Below are positions 20,960-31,412 of a stretch of DNA of 64,000 nt, piece after piece. Position numbers and translations under genes: made by a program. The notes under the pieces were generated by a model, which worked only from the letters and a program-made list of their open reading frames with translations, searched no databases and was not told where the DNA came from. Numbering within the stretch: position 1 is the first letter of the stretch; every line of letters starts with the position of its first letter. Source of the stretch: Deferribacterales bacterium (lineage in GTDB: Bacteria > Chrysiogenota > Deferribacteres > Deferribacterales > Geovibrionaceae); NCBI GenBank assembly GCA_050251875.1, contig JBFWMA010000004.1, positions 192,001 to 256,000 on the forward strand, read 5' to 3'.

Positions 20960-22765
20960 TTAGTGACCTGCGACTGCGTCGCCTGCGCCTTTAGGTATAC
21001 GCACGCTCTCTACCATCTCGGCTATGTGGTGAGGAACGGGGGGAGTCATGTTCTTCACTGCGAAGGCAACCGCGAAGTTAATCACAGCGCCGATCGCTCC
21101 GAAAGCGTTAGGCGAAATACCGAAGAAGAAATCTTTACCGCCGAACAGCTGATAGTATTCTGTACCTTTGATATAGAATATACCTGTGTGGGCGAACACA
21201 TAGAACATTGTGACTACGAGTCCGGCTATCATACCGGCCACGGCGCCCTGTCTGTTCATTGTTTTGCTGAAAATTCCCATCATCAGAGCGGGGAAAATTG
21301 ATGATGCCGCCAGACCAAAAGCGATGGCAACTGTACCAGCCGCGAAGTCAGGAGGATTCATACCCAAATAACCGGCACCCACGATGGCTACTGACATTGC
21401 GATACGTCCTGCCATCAGCTCGCCTTTCTCTGTGAGATCCTTCATCATCATGTTCTTCAGAAGGTCGTGAGAAATAGCGGAGGCTATCGCCAGAAGGAGA
21501 CCGGCCGCTGTGGAGAGAGCCGCAGCGAGACCGCCGGCAGCCACGAGGGCGATTACCCAGTTGGGAAGTTTGGCTATTTCAGGGTTAGCGAGAACCATGA
21601 TATCGTTGTTAACTGTAAGCTCGCTGCCTTTCCAGCCTGCTGCGTCAGCCTTGGCGAGGAATTCAGCGTTGGATGATTTGTCGTTGTAATACTGGATACG
21701 TCCATCGCCGTTCTTGTCTTCGAACTTCAGAAGTCCGGTAACTTCCCAGCGCTTCATCCAGTCGGGACGTGAGTCGTATTTTATGCTGGCGTCTTCGGCG
21801 AAGACGTCACCGCCGGATTTAACGGCTGTGTTGATAGTGTCGTGAAGGTTCAGACGAGCCATAGCGGCAACAGCGGGAGCTGTTGTGTAGAGGATGGCAA
21901 TGAAAACCAGAGCCCAGCCGGCTGATGAACGGGCGTCTTTTACCTTAGGCACTGTGAAGAAACGGATGATAACGTGGGGCAGACCCGCTGTACCTATCAT
22001 CAGTGACACAGTGTATGCGAACATGTTCAGCTTGCTTCCCGGAACGGCTGTGGTGTACTTGCCGAAGCCGAGGTCGTTGATAATGTGATCCAGCTTAGTA
22101 AGCAGATACATATCGGAACCGGAAAAATGTGATCCGAGACCGAGCTGGGGAACAGGGTTGCCTGTGAGCTGGAAAGAGATGAATATAGCGGGGATGGTAT
22201 ACGCAAGGATCAGTACGCAGAACTGAGCAACCTGTGTATATGTGATTCCCTTCATGCCGCCGAAAACCGCGTACACGAAAACTATACCCATACCGATGAT
22301 AACACCCATGTCGCTGGAAACACCGAGGAAACGGGAGAAAGCGACACCAACACCGGTCATCTGACCGATGATGTATGTGGTGGAAGCGACCAGAAGACAG
22401 ATAACAGCAACAACTGTAGCTGTGTTTGAGTAATAACGGGCTTTAAAGAAATCCGGTACGGTAAATTTTCCGAACTTTCTAAGATAAGGAGCAAGAAGCA
22501 TGGCAAGCAGAACGTATCCGCCTGTCCAACCCATCAAAAACAATGCGCCGCCGTAACCCATATATCCGATAAGACCGGCCATAGAAATGAAAGAAGCCGC
22601 AGACATCCAGTCCGCACCTGTCGCCATACCGTTCAGAACGGGGTGAACACCGCCGCCGGCGACATAGAATTCTTTTGTGCTGCCCGCTCGTGCCCAGAAG
22701 GCGATTCCGAGGTAAAGGGCGAATGTTAAACCGACAACAAGATATGTCATTGCCTGTAAGCTCAT
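20960..22765 (-). CDS. actP: Sodium:solute symporter, ActP/VC_2705-like (cation/acetate)
   Basis: NGMATGADWMSAASF, GGMKGITYTQVAQ, GTAGLPHVIIRFFTV and AAALSTAAGLLL motifs. Confidence 0.85.
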   Translation of the reverse strand: MSLQAMTYLVVGLTFALYLGIAFWARAGSTKEFYVAGGGVHPVLNGMATGADWMSAASFISMAGLIGYMGYGGALFLMGWTGGYVLLAMLLAPYLRKFGKFTVPDFFKARYYSNTATVVAVICLLVASTTYIIGQMTGVGVAFSRFLGVSSDMGVIIGMGIVFVYAVFGGMKGITYTQVAQFCVLILAYTIPAIFISFQLTGNPVPQLGLGSHFSGSDMYLLTKLDHIINDLGFGKYTTAVPGSKLNMFAYTVSLMIGTAGLPHVIIRFFTVPKVKDARSSAGWALVFIAILYTTAPAVAAMARLNLHDTINTAVKSGGDVFAEDASIKYDSRPDWMKRWEVTGLLKFEDKNGDGRIQYYNDKSSNAEFLAKADAAGWKGSELTVNNDIMVLANPEIAKLPNWVIALVAAGGLAAALSTAAGLLLAIASAISHDLLKNMMMKDLTEKGELMAGRIAMSVAIVGAGYLGMNPPDFAAGTVAIAFGLAASSIFPALMMGIFSKTMNRQGAVAGMIAGLVVTMFYVFAHTGIFYIKGTEYYQLFGGKDFFFGISPNAFGAIGAVINFAVAFAVKNMTPPVPHHIAEMVESVRIPKGAGDAVAGH

Positions 22766-22775
22766 CGTGTCCTCC

Positions 22776-23027
22776 TTATTCTTCTACGTCAAACTCTTTG
22801 TCTATCTTTCCTATCAACTTAGCGTATACGAAGATAAGAACGACAAAGATATAAATTGAACCCTGCTGAGCAAACCAGAAGCCCAGCGGATAGCCGCCCA
22901 GCTTGATGTTGTCCAGCGCACCCGCAAACATGATCCCCGCTCCGTAGGAGCAAATGAACCACACGATGAGGACGTTGCGGATTAATCCTAAAACTTTTTT
23001 CCAGTAAAGTTCCTGTGACTTTTCCAT
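22776..23027 (-). CDS. DUF4212 small membrane subunit of the symporter
   Basis: YW...LIVWF..SYG...GYPLGFWFAQQGSIYIFV signature; GAGGTG SD before ATG 23027. Confidence 0.9.
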   Translation of the reverse strand: MEKSQELYWKKVLGLIRNVLIVWFICSYGAGIMFAGALDNIKLGGYPLGFWFAQQGSIYIFVVLIFVYAKLIGKIDKEFDVEE

Positions 23028-23191
23028 AAGAAAACACCTCATTAAGATTTTTCGACTGAGCCGTTTAACGGCGTAGAACCCCTTTGAGCCTCCCGGAGTT
23101 CTGCGTTCGGTTATTAGCTTCAGTGGTTTGCGGGACTTAAGTTAACAATTTATAATACATATTCCTCAAACCACTCATCCTTTATGCTGTG

Positions 23192-23220
23192 AGAATAGTA
23201 CATTGTTTTAATAAAGTCAA
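23192..23220 (-). promoter_or_regulatory. sigma70 promoter of the DUF4212-actP operon
   Basis: TTGACT-N17-TATTCT on the minus strand. Confidence 0.55.
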
Positions 23221-23765
23221 CAGAATATTATCTTGTTACTTCATAGTGTTATGATAGATAATTATTGTATTATCTATAATGTACTTATCTTTATATGTAA
23301 GATATATATTATATTTTTATTTTCAATGAAAAAACATGGTTAATCTCAGTTGAACATTTTGTCGGATAATTAATAAATATTACTCTGAATACATCTCTTA
23401 TGTATGGCATATTGAATAACTCCATAAAAAGATAAATATTATTAGTATATTAATTTCTATAGTAGTTTTTTAACAAAGGTTTTTCATGGTTGCCTGATAC
23501 TTTAATTTACCATAAATAATGTGATGAAATACATAAGACTTGGGTTGTTTTATTATAAAAAAATAATTTTGAGGCGTGTTTCTGGTATAACAGCGGTGCT
23601 AGTTTTCGGGCATATGTTTGTCTTTCAAGGGCTTATAAAGTTAACAGAGGATTGAGCGTTGTAGATGTGTAAAGAAAATACCCATTATGTGGGTATTGTA
23701 TTAATTGCTGTGGCAGGTAGAATCAGATATTATTTGTTTGATCCGGGATACAGTTTTTCAAATAT

Positions 23766-23796
23766 AAAAAGAGCGTGGAGCGATCCGCGCTTTTTT
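23766..23796 (-). terminator. Intrinsic terminator after the response regulator
   Basis: AGCGTGGA/TCCGCGCT stem flanked by A and T tracts. Confidence 0.55.
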
Positions 23797-24448
23797 ATAT
23801 TATAGTCATCTTCTTCGCTTTTAAGAGCGCTTCGCCTTTCGAATTCACATGGAGCTTGGTGTATATCTGTTTCAGGTGGGTGTGCACCGTGTGTCTGCTG
23901 ATGTTCAGTTTGTCCGCTATCTGCTGATATGTATACCCCTCGTCAGCCATAGTGAGTATCTCTATCTCTCTGGATGACAGTCCGCTCTGTTCCGGCGGCT
24001 GGGGCATACTGCGGAAGAAGGACAGCACCTTCCGGGCTATTTTGGGACTCATGGATACTTCGCCCCCGCATATCTTTTCCAGATGGGAGAAGAACTCTGA
24101 CGGGCTCGATCCCTTCAGGGCATATCCGGAAGCTCCGGCTTTCAGAGCATCGAAAACCTTGTCGCTGCCGTCGTGTATGGTATGCACCAGAATCTGAGCA
24201 TCGGGATATTTTACTGCGCAGTAGTTTATTACGTCTATTCCGTTCTTCACGGAATCCAGATCAATGTCCACTATCAGAACGTCCGGTTCGCCCTTTTCCA
24301 GAAGCGCCACAGCATCATCGTATCCTGCCGCGGTACCGAACCATTCGAAACCGGATGAGGCCGTTATCATCATTTCCAGCAGTTTTGACTGGCTCTCGTT
24401 GTCCTCAACAATCATGATCCTGTTCGGTCTGCCTGGAGTCATTTTCAA
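23795..24448 (-). CDS. NarL/LuxR-family response regulator
   Basis: Receiver (IVEDN, IVDID, ALKAGASGYALK) plus LSSREIEIL...IADKLNISRHTVHTH HTH. Confidence 0.92.
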   Translation of the reverse strand: MKMTPGRPNRIMIVEDNESQSKLLEMMITASSGFEWFGTAAGYDDAVALLEKGEPDVLIVDIDLDSVKNGIDVINYCAVKYPDAQILVHTIHDGSDKVFDALKAGASGYALKGSSPSEFFSHLEKICGGEVSMSPKIARKVLSFFRSMPQPPEQSGLSSREIEILTMADEGYTYQQIADKLNISRHTVHTHLKQIYTKLHVNSKGEALLKAKKMTII

Positions 24449-26088
24449 ACCTCAAAAGGGATAACGGCGGATATCTGTGTTCCGTCAGCGTTTTTTATAT
24501 TTACTGTGCCGCCTATGGAGTTTATGCGGCGGTACATGCTCTTTATGCCTCTGCCCCGCCTGCTCTCCGGGTCGAACCCCACTCCGTTGTCGGCGATAAT
24601 GATATTTATGCCGGCGGAGGACAATGAGATATTCGCTGATATCTCGGTGGCGGATGAGTGCTTCACAGAGTTGATTACACACTCTTTAAAGAATCTTACA
24701 ATATTAAGATAATTTTTAAAAGGCATCTCGGGATAATTTTCTATCCTGTCTGATGATATGTAAAAGCTGATTCCTGAACCTTCCGTCAGAATATTGCCCA
24801 GATGGCGCAGATCACTCACGAAGTCTTTTATAGACGGATTATTCTTTTCATAGGCGTTCATCAGAAATCTGATCTCTTTTGACGTGTCCACAGATATTTC
24901 GAATATCTGATCCAGAGCCGCCTTCGCCTCGCTGAGGGAGTTTATCTCCTGAGACGCCAGCATGCCTATTATCGTCACGTTGCCGGAAACGCTGTCGTGG
25001 ATGTCTCCGGTGATTATGTTTTTGTGCTCCAGCATCTCGTTTTCGTGTCTTATCATGTCCAGTTTTTTATGAACGGTGATATCCGTGGCATAAGCCATGT
25101 ATCCGTCAACGTTTCTGCCGCTGTCTGATATTATCATCAGGCTGACGTTGAACACCTTGTCGAACTCCGGATATTCCAGCATCCTGTCCATAGGTCTTCC
25201 GTATTCCAGATCATTGAGGTCGAACCTCAGCTTTTTGCACAGCGACTGGATATTGGCGACATCGCTGTCGTCCGGGAGCAGTGTTTTGGAGTATGATGTC
25301 CTTTCGCTCAGCTTGCCGGAGCTGTCATATATTATAACGGCTGACTTGATGAGATCCAGCACGGCGTTTTTGGCTATGGGGACTACATCGAACAGATGAT
25401 ATTTGTGTATCAGAACGAAATAGATCACCATGGTGAAGCCTGCGGCGAACGGATAGGTATCTATCAGAGTGCTTTTCAGGATGAGCGGAACACCGCCCAG
25501 AAGTGACGCCATGATGCCTATTATCATCATTCCGTACTGTATCCTGCCCGATCTGCCTGTGTTTATGAAAGAGGCGGCGAACATCATTATGGAGATGATG
25601 GTTGGCAGGTAAAGACTCCATATATATATGGTGGTGAACCATATTCCGAAGTTAGGGTTCATCATGTAAAAGGTGTCGGATATCTTAATCATAGTGACGG
25701 ATGATCTGAAAATATGCAGATAGCTGTCGGACCAGATGACTGTTATGTTCGCTATGGCGGTCAGCACCATTATTATGTTGAACGCTTTATGTGGGAGCCT
25801 CCTGTTAGTCATCATACAGGTGATCCACACCCACACGGCGGGGGCGAAACACACTGAGGTGACTTTCACGTTTGCCCAGAAGATTTTATTATCCAGAGTC
25901 AGCGACATGGTTTGCAGAAGATACGCGGCGGAATATATCCATGTCAGCACAGCGTATGCGCTGAAAAGCCTGTATATCGGTCTGTCCAGACGCTTGAAAG
26001 CGGCGACAGATGTAGAGGTGATGAGTCCTATAATGAAAATAAGTGATAGTGAAAGTATGTTGATGGAGTACGCGCTTAAGTCAAACAT
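24445..26088 (-). CDS. Sensor histidine kinase, N-terminal 7TM region, HisKA_3-type core
   Basis: About 7 TM helices, DIHDSVSG H-box, ECVINSVKHS, DNGVGF and GRGIKSM..R. Confidence 0.85.
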   Translation of the reverse strand: MFDLSAYSINILSLSLIFIIGLITSTSVAAFKRLDRPIYRLFSAYAVLTWIYSAAYLLQTMSLTLDNKIFWANVKVTSVCFAPAVWVWITCMMTNRRLPHKAFNIIMVLTAIANITVIWSDSYLHIFRSSVTMIKISDTFYMMNPNFGIWFTTIYIWSLYLPTIISIMMFAASFINTGRSGRIQYGMMIIGIMASLLGGVPLILKSTLIDTYPFAAGFTMVIYFVLIHKYHLFDVVPIAKNAVLDLIKSAVIIYDSSGKLSERTSYSKTLLPDDSDVANIQSLCKKLRFDLNDLEYGRPMDRMLEYPEFDKVFNVSLMIISDSGRNVDGYMAYATDITVHKKLDMIRHENEMLEHKNIITGDIHDSVSGNVTIIGMLASQEINSLSEAKAALDQIFEISVDTSKEIRFLMNAYEKNNPSIKDFVSDLRHLGNILTEGSGISFYISSDRIENYPEMPFKNYLNIVRFFKECVINSVKHSSATEISANISLSSAGINIIIADNGVGFDPESRRGRGIKSMYRRINSIGGTVNIKNADGTQISAVIPFEV

Positions 26089-26199
26089 TTCCTAAGTATA
26101 CTCTATGACACGGAAAAATCAATTTATTCGGCAGGATAATAAACCGGAATCTGAATAGTAAAAGGCTCCGGAATAACCGGAGCCTCTTGAGGTGATATA

Positions 26200-27396
26200 T
26201 TAATGCGTATCTGTTTCCATATTCAGGAACTTTTCCGCCGCGAAATACAGCAGAAAGAAAACACCGAATCCGAACAGATAGATAAGCCATTCACCGAGTG
26301 AGGGGCTGTAGTTTGTCAGGGCAACATAATCTGTGATGATGCCTGATCCGAAGAAGCCGCCTCTCATAGGGGGAAGCTGTCCGGCAATAACGAAATCATA
26401 TCTGGTGAAGAACAGACCGATAAGATAAATCAGTCCTGCCAGCGCCAGTCTGCCGGGTTTTCCTTTCGCTGTGATAATCAGCAGAAGAGGGATGATAACC
26501 GCCAGAAGTATTTCGCCTATCCAGAAGTTAGCGCTCATGGGTCCTTTTATCAGAGCCACAGCGGAAGCGTATCCGTCACCGCCGCCGGGGAATACTGATG
26601 AAAGCATTTTCCACAGATAGAGGAACATCATAACCCCGATAGCTCCGCCCATCAGTTTTCCAAGTGAGGCTGTGGCTGTTTTCACTCTCTCGGGCATGTT
26701 GCCTTTGAAAACGATGTAATGCACCAGCATCAGAAGAGCCGCTCCGGCGGCGATTCCTGAAACCACGAGGAAAGTGGAGAAGTATATGCCTCTGTACCAT
26801 TGTCTGGCGCCGATAGAACCGAAGACATAGCCCAGGTTGCTGGTGGCGAGAACGCCCACCAGAAGAGCGAAGAATCCTGTCACAGCGGCGAGTTTATGGT
26901 CCCTGGCTGTCTGGTTCGGTTTGAAGACCAGATACAGCTCGAAGGCGAGTATAGCCAGCTCAATGCCATAGAACATACCCATCCAGAAGATAGGGGCAGC
27001 CAGGTTAGGCGTGAGCATCATGTGTATCATCTTAAGGGGATTGCCCAGCTCCATAAGGATCTGAGTGAATCCGGCGAGCAGAACCACGGTAGCCATGACG
27101 ACTATGCGTTTGGCTATGGGCTCATACTGTTTGAATCCGAAAGCGTGAGCCAGACCGCCGATAAAGGCTATTCCTGTGGATGTAATGACAAAATAGGCGT
27201 ATGTGGCGATCAGAAGACCCCATGAGATCTGTCTGGTGACGCCGTATACCGCATCGTGTCCTTTTACAAAAACAGTGATGATGGCCGCTCCGCCCACAGC
27301 GCACAGCAGAAGTCCCAGCACGATGAAGGGTATGGCAGGTATCTGCCTGTTGTAGGTAAAAAACGAGGCGGATTTAGTCTCTGTATATTCTGACAT
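26200..27396 (-). CDS. NrfD/PsrC-family membrane quinol-interacting subunit
   Basis: WGLLIATYAYF, ELGNP, PIFWM, FWIGEI and RYDFVIAGQ motifs; about 10 TM helices. Confidence 0.9.
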   Translation of the reverse strand: MSEYTETKSASFFTYNRQIPAIPFIVLGLLLCAVGGAAIITVFVKGHDAVYGVTRQISWGLLIATYAYFVITSTGIAFIGGLAHAFGFKQYEPIAKRIVVMATVVLLAGFTQILMELGNPLKMIHMMLTPNLAAPIFWMGMFYGIELAILAFELYLVFKPNQTARDHKLAAVTGFFALLVGVLATSNLGYVFGSIGARQWYRGIYFSTFLVVSGIAAGAALLMLVHYIVFKGNMPERVKTATASLGKLMGGAIGVMMFLYLWKMLSSVFPGGGDGYASAVALIKGPMSANFWIGEILLAVIIPLLLIITAKGKPGRLALAGLIYLIGLFFTRYDFVIAGQLPPMRGGFFGSGIITDYVALTNYSPSLGEWLIYLFGFGVFFLLYFAAEKFLNMETDTH

Positions 27397-27409
27397 TTGT
27401 CATAACCTC

Positions 27410-28111
27410 CTATACGCCCTGAGTGTAGAACACATTGGGAAGTGTTCCCTCTTCAGGTTTCAGCATGTGGTAGGAAACCGCTTTTTTCAGAAGCTGATAG
27501 GCTTCGGAGCTGTGATCGTTGAGATCTCCGAAAATTCTCGCTCCTTTGTAGCAGGATTCCACGCATGCCGGTTTTTTGCCCTGAGCCAGTCTGGGCTGGC
27601 AGAAGGTGCATTTGTCCACTGAGTGCTTCTCATCGCTGTAGTAGCGTGCCTCATAGGGACATGCGATCATACATGTTTTGCATCCGATGCATTTATCCGG
27701 CTCCACAAGAATGATGCCGTCTTCGGGTCTTTTGTAGCTGGCTCTGGTGGGACATACCTTAACACAGGGGGCGTTGTCGCACTGGTTGCACAGCACGGGG
27801 AGCCATGTCATCAGACTGTCGAAACTCTGAGCCTCTGCTCCGTACAGAACTTTTGTCCTGTACTGTTCCGGGTCTTCTTTCGGTATGTGCCATTCGGTTT
27901 TGCAGGCAACCTCACAGGCTCTGCACCCTATACATCTGTCCTGAACGATAATCATGGCATAGTTATGCACCTTTTCGGGCTTGCCCTGTTTAACAGTGTT
28001 CAGCGGTGTATACTGGTCGTTTTCATTAAATATCATGGGCAGGGGCAGAAAGGAAAAAACGGTCAGAGTGCCCATACCCTTTAAAAAAAAGCGTCTTTTT
28101 ATCATGATCAT
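27410..28111 (-). CDS. NrfC/PsrB-like 4x[4Fe-4S] ferredoxin subunit with a Tat-like signal
   Basis: KRRFFLK; CIGCRACEVAC, CNQC..PCVKVCP, CIGCKTCMIACPY and KCTFC...PACVESC. Confidence 0.9.
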   Translation of the reverse strand: MIMIKRRFFLKGMGTLTVFSFLPLPMIFNENDQYTPLNTVKQGKPEKVHNYAMIIVQDRCIGCRACEVACKTEWHIPKEDPEQYRTKVLYGAEAQSFDSLMTWLPVLCNQCDNAPCVKVCPTRASYKRPEDGIILVEPDKCIGCKTCMIACPYEARYYSDEKHSVDKCTFCQPRLAQGKKPACVESCYKGARIFGDLNDHSSEAYQLLKKAVSYHMLKPEEGTLPNVFYTQGV

Positions 28112-28899
28112 TCCCCTGCGGTGGGTTTTTTGGGCATAGGCGGTTTCGGTACATTTTTACCGTGACAGTCGGCGCAGTTATACTGAGCTGTGGTGCCGGC
28201 TTTGACAGGTCCTGACCAGTTAGCGTGTTCTTTGTCGAATTTATCATCGTGAATCATGTTCAGATACTGAACAACTTTGTAAGCTACAGAGGCGGAAACT
28301 CTTGCGCATCTGTCTTTTCTTTCCTCGCTGCTCAGGGCGGCGTTGGCTTTTTTCATCCATTTGCTCACGGAAACGTGACACAGGGGAGAATCGCTCACTG
28401 TGTGCTGGATGCTGTTTTTGTTGGCGTGGGGTTTCAGCGGCACATAAACGGGCATGTTTGTGTGGCTGTACCAGTCGAAGATATCAGATGTGATAGTCTT
28501 TGATCTGTCTTCCCATGTGGGAGGACCCACGATAAGGCTGATTACTGTGCCTGCGCCGTTAACTGACCCGCAGGTTGTACCCCATCCGGCGATACCGCCT
28601 TCATAGATGGCGAATGATTCCACGGGAAAAGATTTGTAGGGCTCGCCGACTTTCTTAGCCAGCTGATCGAATATGGAGAACATAACAGTTCCGCCGCATC
28701 CGAGATTATACCAGTTCTGATAAGCGATTTCCGCTGTTTCTGCGGGATCGAGTTTTACATAGGGCCAGGGCCATTCTTTCATCAGCGATGTTTCGTCTGA
28801 TGCTTCGGCCTTGGGGGAGATGAGGCTTCCGGCAAAAGCGCCTGCTCCGACCAGAGCCGCTTTCGCCAGCATGTCTCTGCGCGATATTTTTCCGTCCAT
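28108..28899 (-). CDS. Tat-exported C-GCAxxG-C-C family protein resembling split-Soret cytochrome c, C-terminal CxxCH
   Basis: SRRDML signal; WPYVKLDP, GGIAGWGTTCGSVNGA, SPLCHVSV, RCARVSA and CADCH. Confidence 0.75.
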   Translation of the reverse strand: MDGKISRRDMLAKAALVGAGAFAGSLISPKAEASDETSLMKEWPWPYVKLDPAETAEIAYQNWYNLGCGGTVMFSIFDQLAKKVGEPYKSFPVESFAIYEGGIAGWGTTCGSVNGAGTVISLIVGPPTWEDRSKTITSDIFDWYSHTNMPVYVPLKPHANKNSIQHTVSDSPLCHVSVSKWMKKANAALSSEERKDRCARVSASVAYKVVQYLNMIHDDKFDKEHANWSGPVKAGTTAQYNCADCHGKNVPKPPMPKKPTAGE

Positions 28900-29304
28900 T
28901 ATACAACCTCCAATAAAGCGTTATATATATTTTTATATAACGGCATAAGAGCAAAAATAAACGGTTGCTATCAAAATTAATATATACAACCGTCAGTATC
29001 TATAAAAACCGTTATGTTTGGTTATATATAGCGCTTTATGGGAAAGTCAATTAATTATTTACAGATAAAAAAATTGAATAATGCGGTTTTTTACGGTCTT
29101 GGATACAAGTTTATGACAATAATGAAAAATATATGAATTATTTTTTTCAAATAACCACGCTCTGCATAATGCGTTGTTAAAGAACACTTTTTTGGTCGTG
29201 AATTGTTTTATGCAAAATAAATGGGGCAAAAGATATACAAAACTACAGGAGGTAGTTCGTGTAGAGAATAAAAACAGTTTTACTGTTTTTGTGAACGGTA
29301 TCAA

Positions 29305-30216
29305 TTATTGATGAAGTAATTTCTTTACTTCATCTATTGATGGCATACCCGGCTGCGCTCCCTGTTTTGTGGTGGATATGGCTGCGGCGGCGTTGGCGAA
29401 TCTGGCGGCATCTGTGACAGACAGCCCCATTCCCAGCCCGTATGCCAGTCCGGCGTTAAAAGTGTCTCCGGCGGCGGTGGTGTCTACCGTCTCCACTGAG
29501 AATCCTTTCACATGGGTCATGCGCCCCTGTTCGCATACATACGCTCCCTTCTTTCCTGCTTTCAGAACGGCTGTCCTGACTCCTTTTTCCAGCAGGATTT
29601 TTCCCGCCGCCTCAAAAGACTCCGGGCTGTCGGGGTGGATTCCGGTGAGAGCTTCCGCCTCTGTTTCGTTCGGGGTGATGATGTCGGTATTTTGCAGAAG
29701 AATATCCGGAACCTGCGCCGCCGGTGCCGGGTCGAGCATCACCAATGTGTTGTTCCGGCGGGCAGTCACTGCCGCCTGAACAACGGCTTCCATCGGGATT
29801 TCGAGCTGAAGAAGCAGATAGTCCGCTCTGCCGATCGTATCCGCGCATGAGCTGATATATTTTTCGTCAACCTGACCGTTGGCTCCGGGGACTATTATTA
29901 TCGAGTTTTCGCCTGATCCGTCCACGGTGATAACGGCTATCCCTGTGGATGTCTCCGCCCTGCGGATGCAGGAGATGTTAACTCCCAGCATGCTGAAATA
30001 GCTCAGATATTCCGAGGCGTATACGTCACTGCCTGTTTTGCCGATCATAGCCGTGTCCGCTCCCAGCTTAGCCAGAGCCACAGCCTGATTGGCGCCCTTG
30101 CCGCCTGTGAAGGTGGAGAATGATTCGCCGTATAAGGTCTCTCCGGGTTTTGGAAATCTCGGAGTTCTGGTTACCAGATCCATATTTATGCTTCCAGCTA
30201 CGCAAAATCTGCTCAT
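29305..30216 (-). CDS. rbsK: Ribokinase
   Basis: GSINMDL, GGKGANQAVA, PNETEA and DTTAAGDTF motifs. Confidence 0.95.
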   Translation of the reverse strand: MSRFCVAGSINMDLVTRTPRFPKPGETLYGESFSTFTGGKGANQAVALAKLGADTAMIGKTGSDVYASEYLSYFSMLGVNISCIRRAETSTGIAVITVDGSGENSIIIVPGANGQVDEKYISSCADTIGRADYLLLQLEIPMEAVVQAAVTARRNNTLVMLDPAPAAQVPDILLQNTDIITPNETEAEALTGIHPDSPESFEAAGKILLEKGVRTAVLKAGKKGAYVCEQGRMTHVKGFSVETVDTTAAGDTFNAGLAYGLGMGLSVTDAARFANAAAAISTTKQGAQPGMPSIDEVKKLLHQ

Positions 30217-30231
30217 ACGGTCTCCCCTCTG

Positions 30232-31260
30232 TCAGCCGATCTGTCTGACGCTGTGTCTTTTTACGACTTCCCCGCCTATCATTATCTTTTCATAGGGCAT
30301 TGTGCTTCCGTCTTTTATCCTTCTTATCAGAAGCATCACGGCTGTCATGCTTATCTTTTTCTTGGAAACTTTAACGGTGGTGAGCGGCGGTTCCAGCATG
30401 GATGTCATGGGCAGATTGTCGAAACCCGCCACGGAAATATCGTCCGGCACTCTGATTCCGGATTCTTTCAGCGCTCTGATGCACCCGATGGCGATGATGT
30501 CGTTCACGCAGAAGAGGGCGGTGGGCAGAGCCGGTTTGGTCTTCAGCACATCCAGCATATCCTGATATGCTCCCTCGTATGTGGAATCCACCGTAAAGAC
30601 GAATTCCGGTCTGAATTTATGCCCCAGAATTTTCATGGTTTTTTCAAATGCGGAGCGCCTCATGGAGAAGTTAGCCGTGTCTATGGATCCTGTGACTATG
30701 CCGATGTTTGTGTGTCCCGCGGCGGTCAGGTGGGTCAGCATGTTATACACGGACGAGTCGTTGTTCATGTCCACGAAGTCATAGGGCATGTGGGTGCAGA
30801 AGAGGTCTATGAACGCCGCCGGAATCTTCAGCCTCAGAAAATGCTGCAAATCCTTCTCGTCCAGCTCCGTCCCCAGGATGACGGCTCCCTTTGCGTGGGA
30901 GCTGTTGATATAGCCGATTATCTCTGTCGGCACAAAACCGTCGAAGGAGACCACTTCCAGCGAATAGCCCTTTCTGCCCGCCTCGAGCTGGGCGCCGTCT
31001 ATGTAATCCGCCACGAAAGTCTTGTGATTTTTGTTCAGGATATGCCCGTGCTTGACAATGCTGACGAACAGCAGAGTTTTGTGTCTGGATGACTGGTCGC
31101 CGGACGACACTCCCTTATAGCTGTGCTCACGGGCTATCTTCAGCACACGGTCACGGGTCTCCTGGCTGACTCCCGCCCTGCTGTTCAGCACCAGAGAGAC
31201 GGTGGCTGGGGAGACTCCGGCGAGCTTTGCTATCTCTGTTACAGTAATTTTTTTTCTCAT
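30232..31260 (-). CDS. LacI-family transcriptional regulator
   Basis: IAKLAGVSPATVS HTH, VPDDISVAGFDN and PPLTTV. Confidence 0.93.
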   Translation of the reverse strand: MRKKITVTEIAKLAGVSPATVSLVLNSRAGVSQETRDRVLKIAREHSYKGVSSGDQSSRHKTLLFVSIVKHGHILNKNHKTFVADYIDGAQLEAGRKGYSLEVVSFDGFVPTEIIGYINSSHAKGAVILGTELDEKDLQHFLRLKIPAAFIDLFCTHMPYDFVDMNNDSSVYNMLTHLTAAGHTNIGIVTGSIDTANFSMRRSAFEKTMKILGHKFRPEFVFTVDSTYEGAYQDMLDVLKTKPALPTALFCVNDIIAIGCIRALKESGIRVPDDISVAGFDNLPMTSMLEPPLTTVKVSKKKISMTAVMLLIRRIKDGSTMPYEKIMIGGEVVKRHSVRQIG

Positions 31261-31412
31261 GATATTAAAAACCTTCTAAAGAGCAAATGTTTAAATACCG
31301 CTAAAAATTTCAGCTAATAACAGGCGCTTCAGATAATGACTATATGCTTTCATTATATCACATTTTTGTGCGAATCAACTAAAATTTTATTAAAATTTAC
31401 TAAAAAGTTCAC

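Noticed and set aside
23221..23760. AT-rich 540-bp gap as a hidden gene or island
   Set aside because: No ORF of note, repeat array or recognisable RNA; consistent with an upstream regulatory region.
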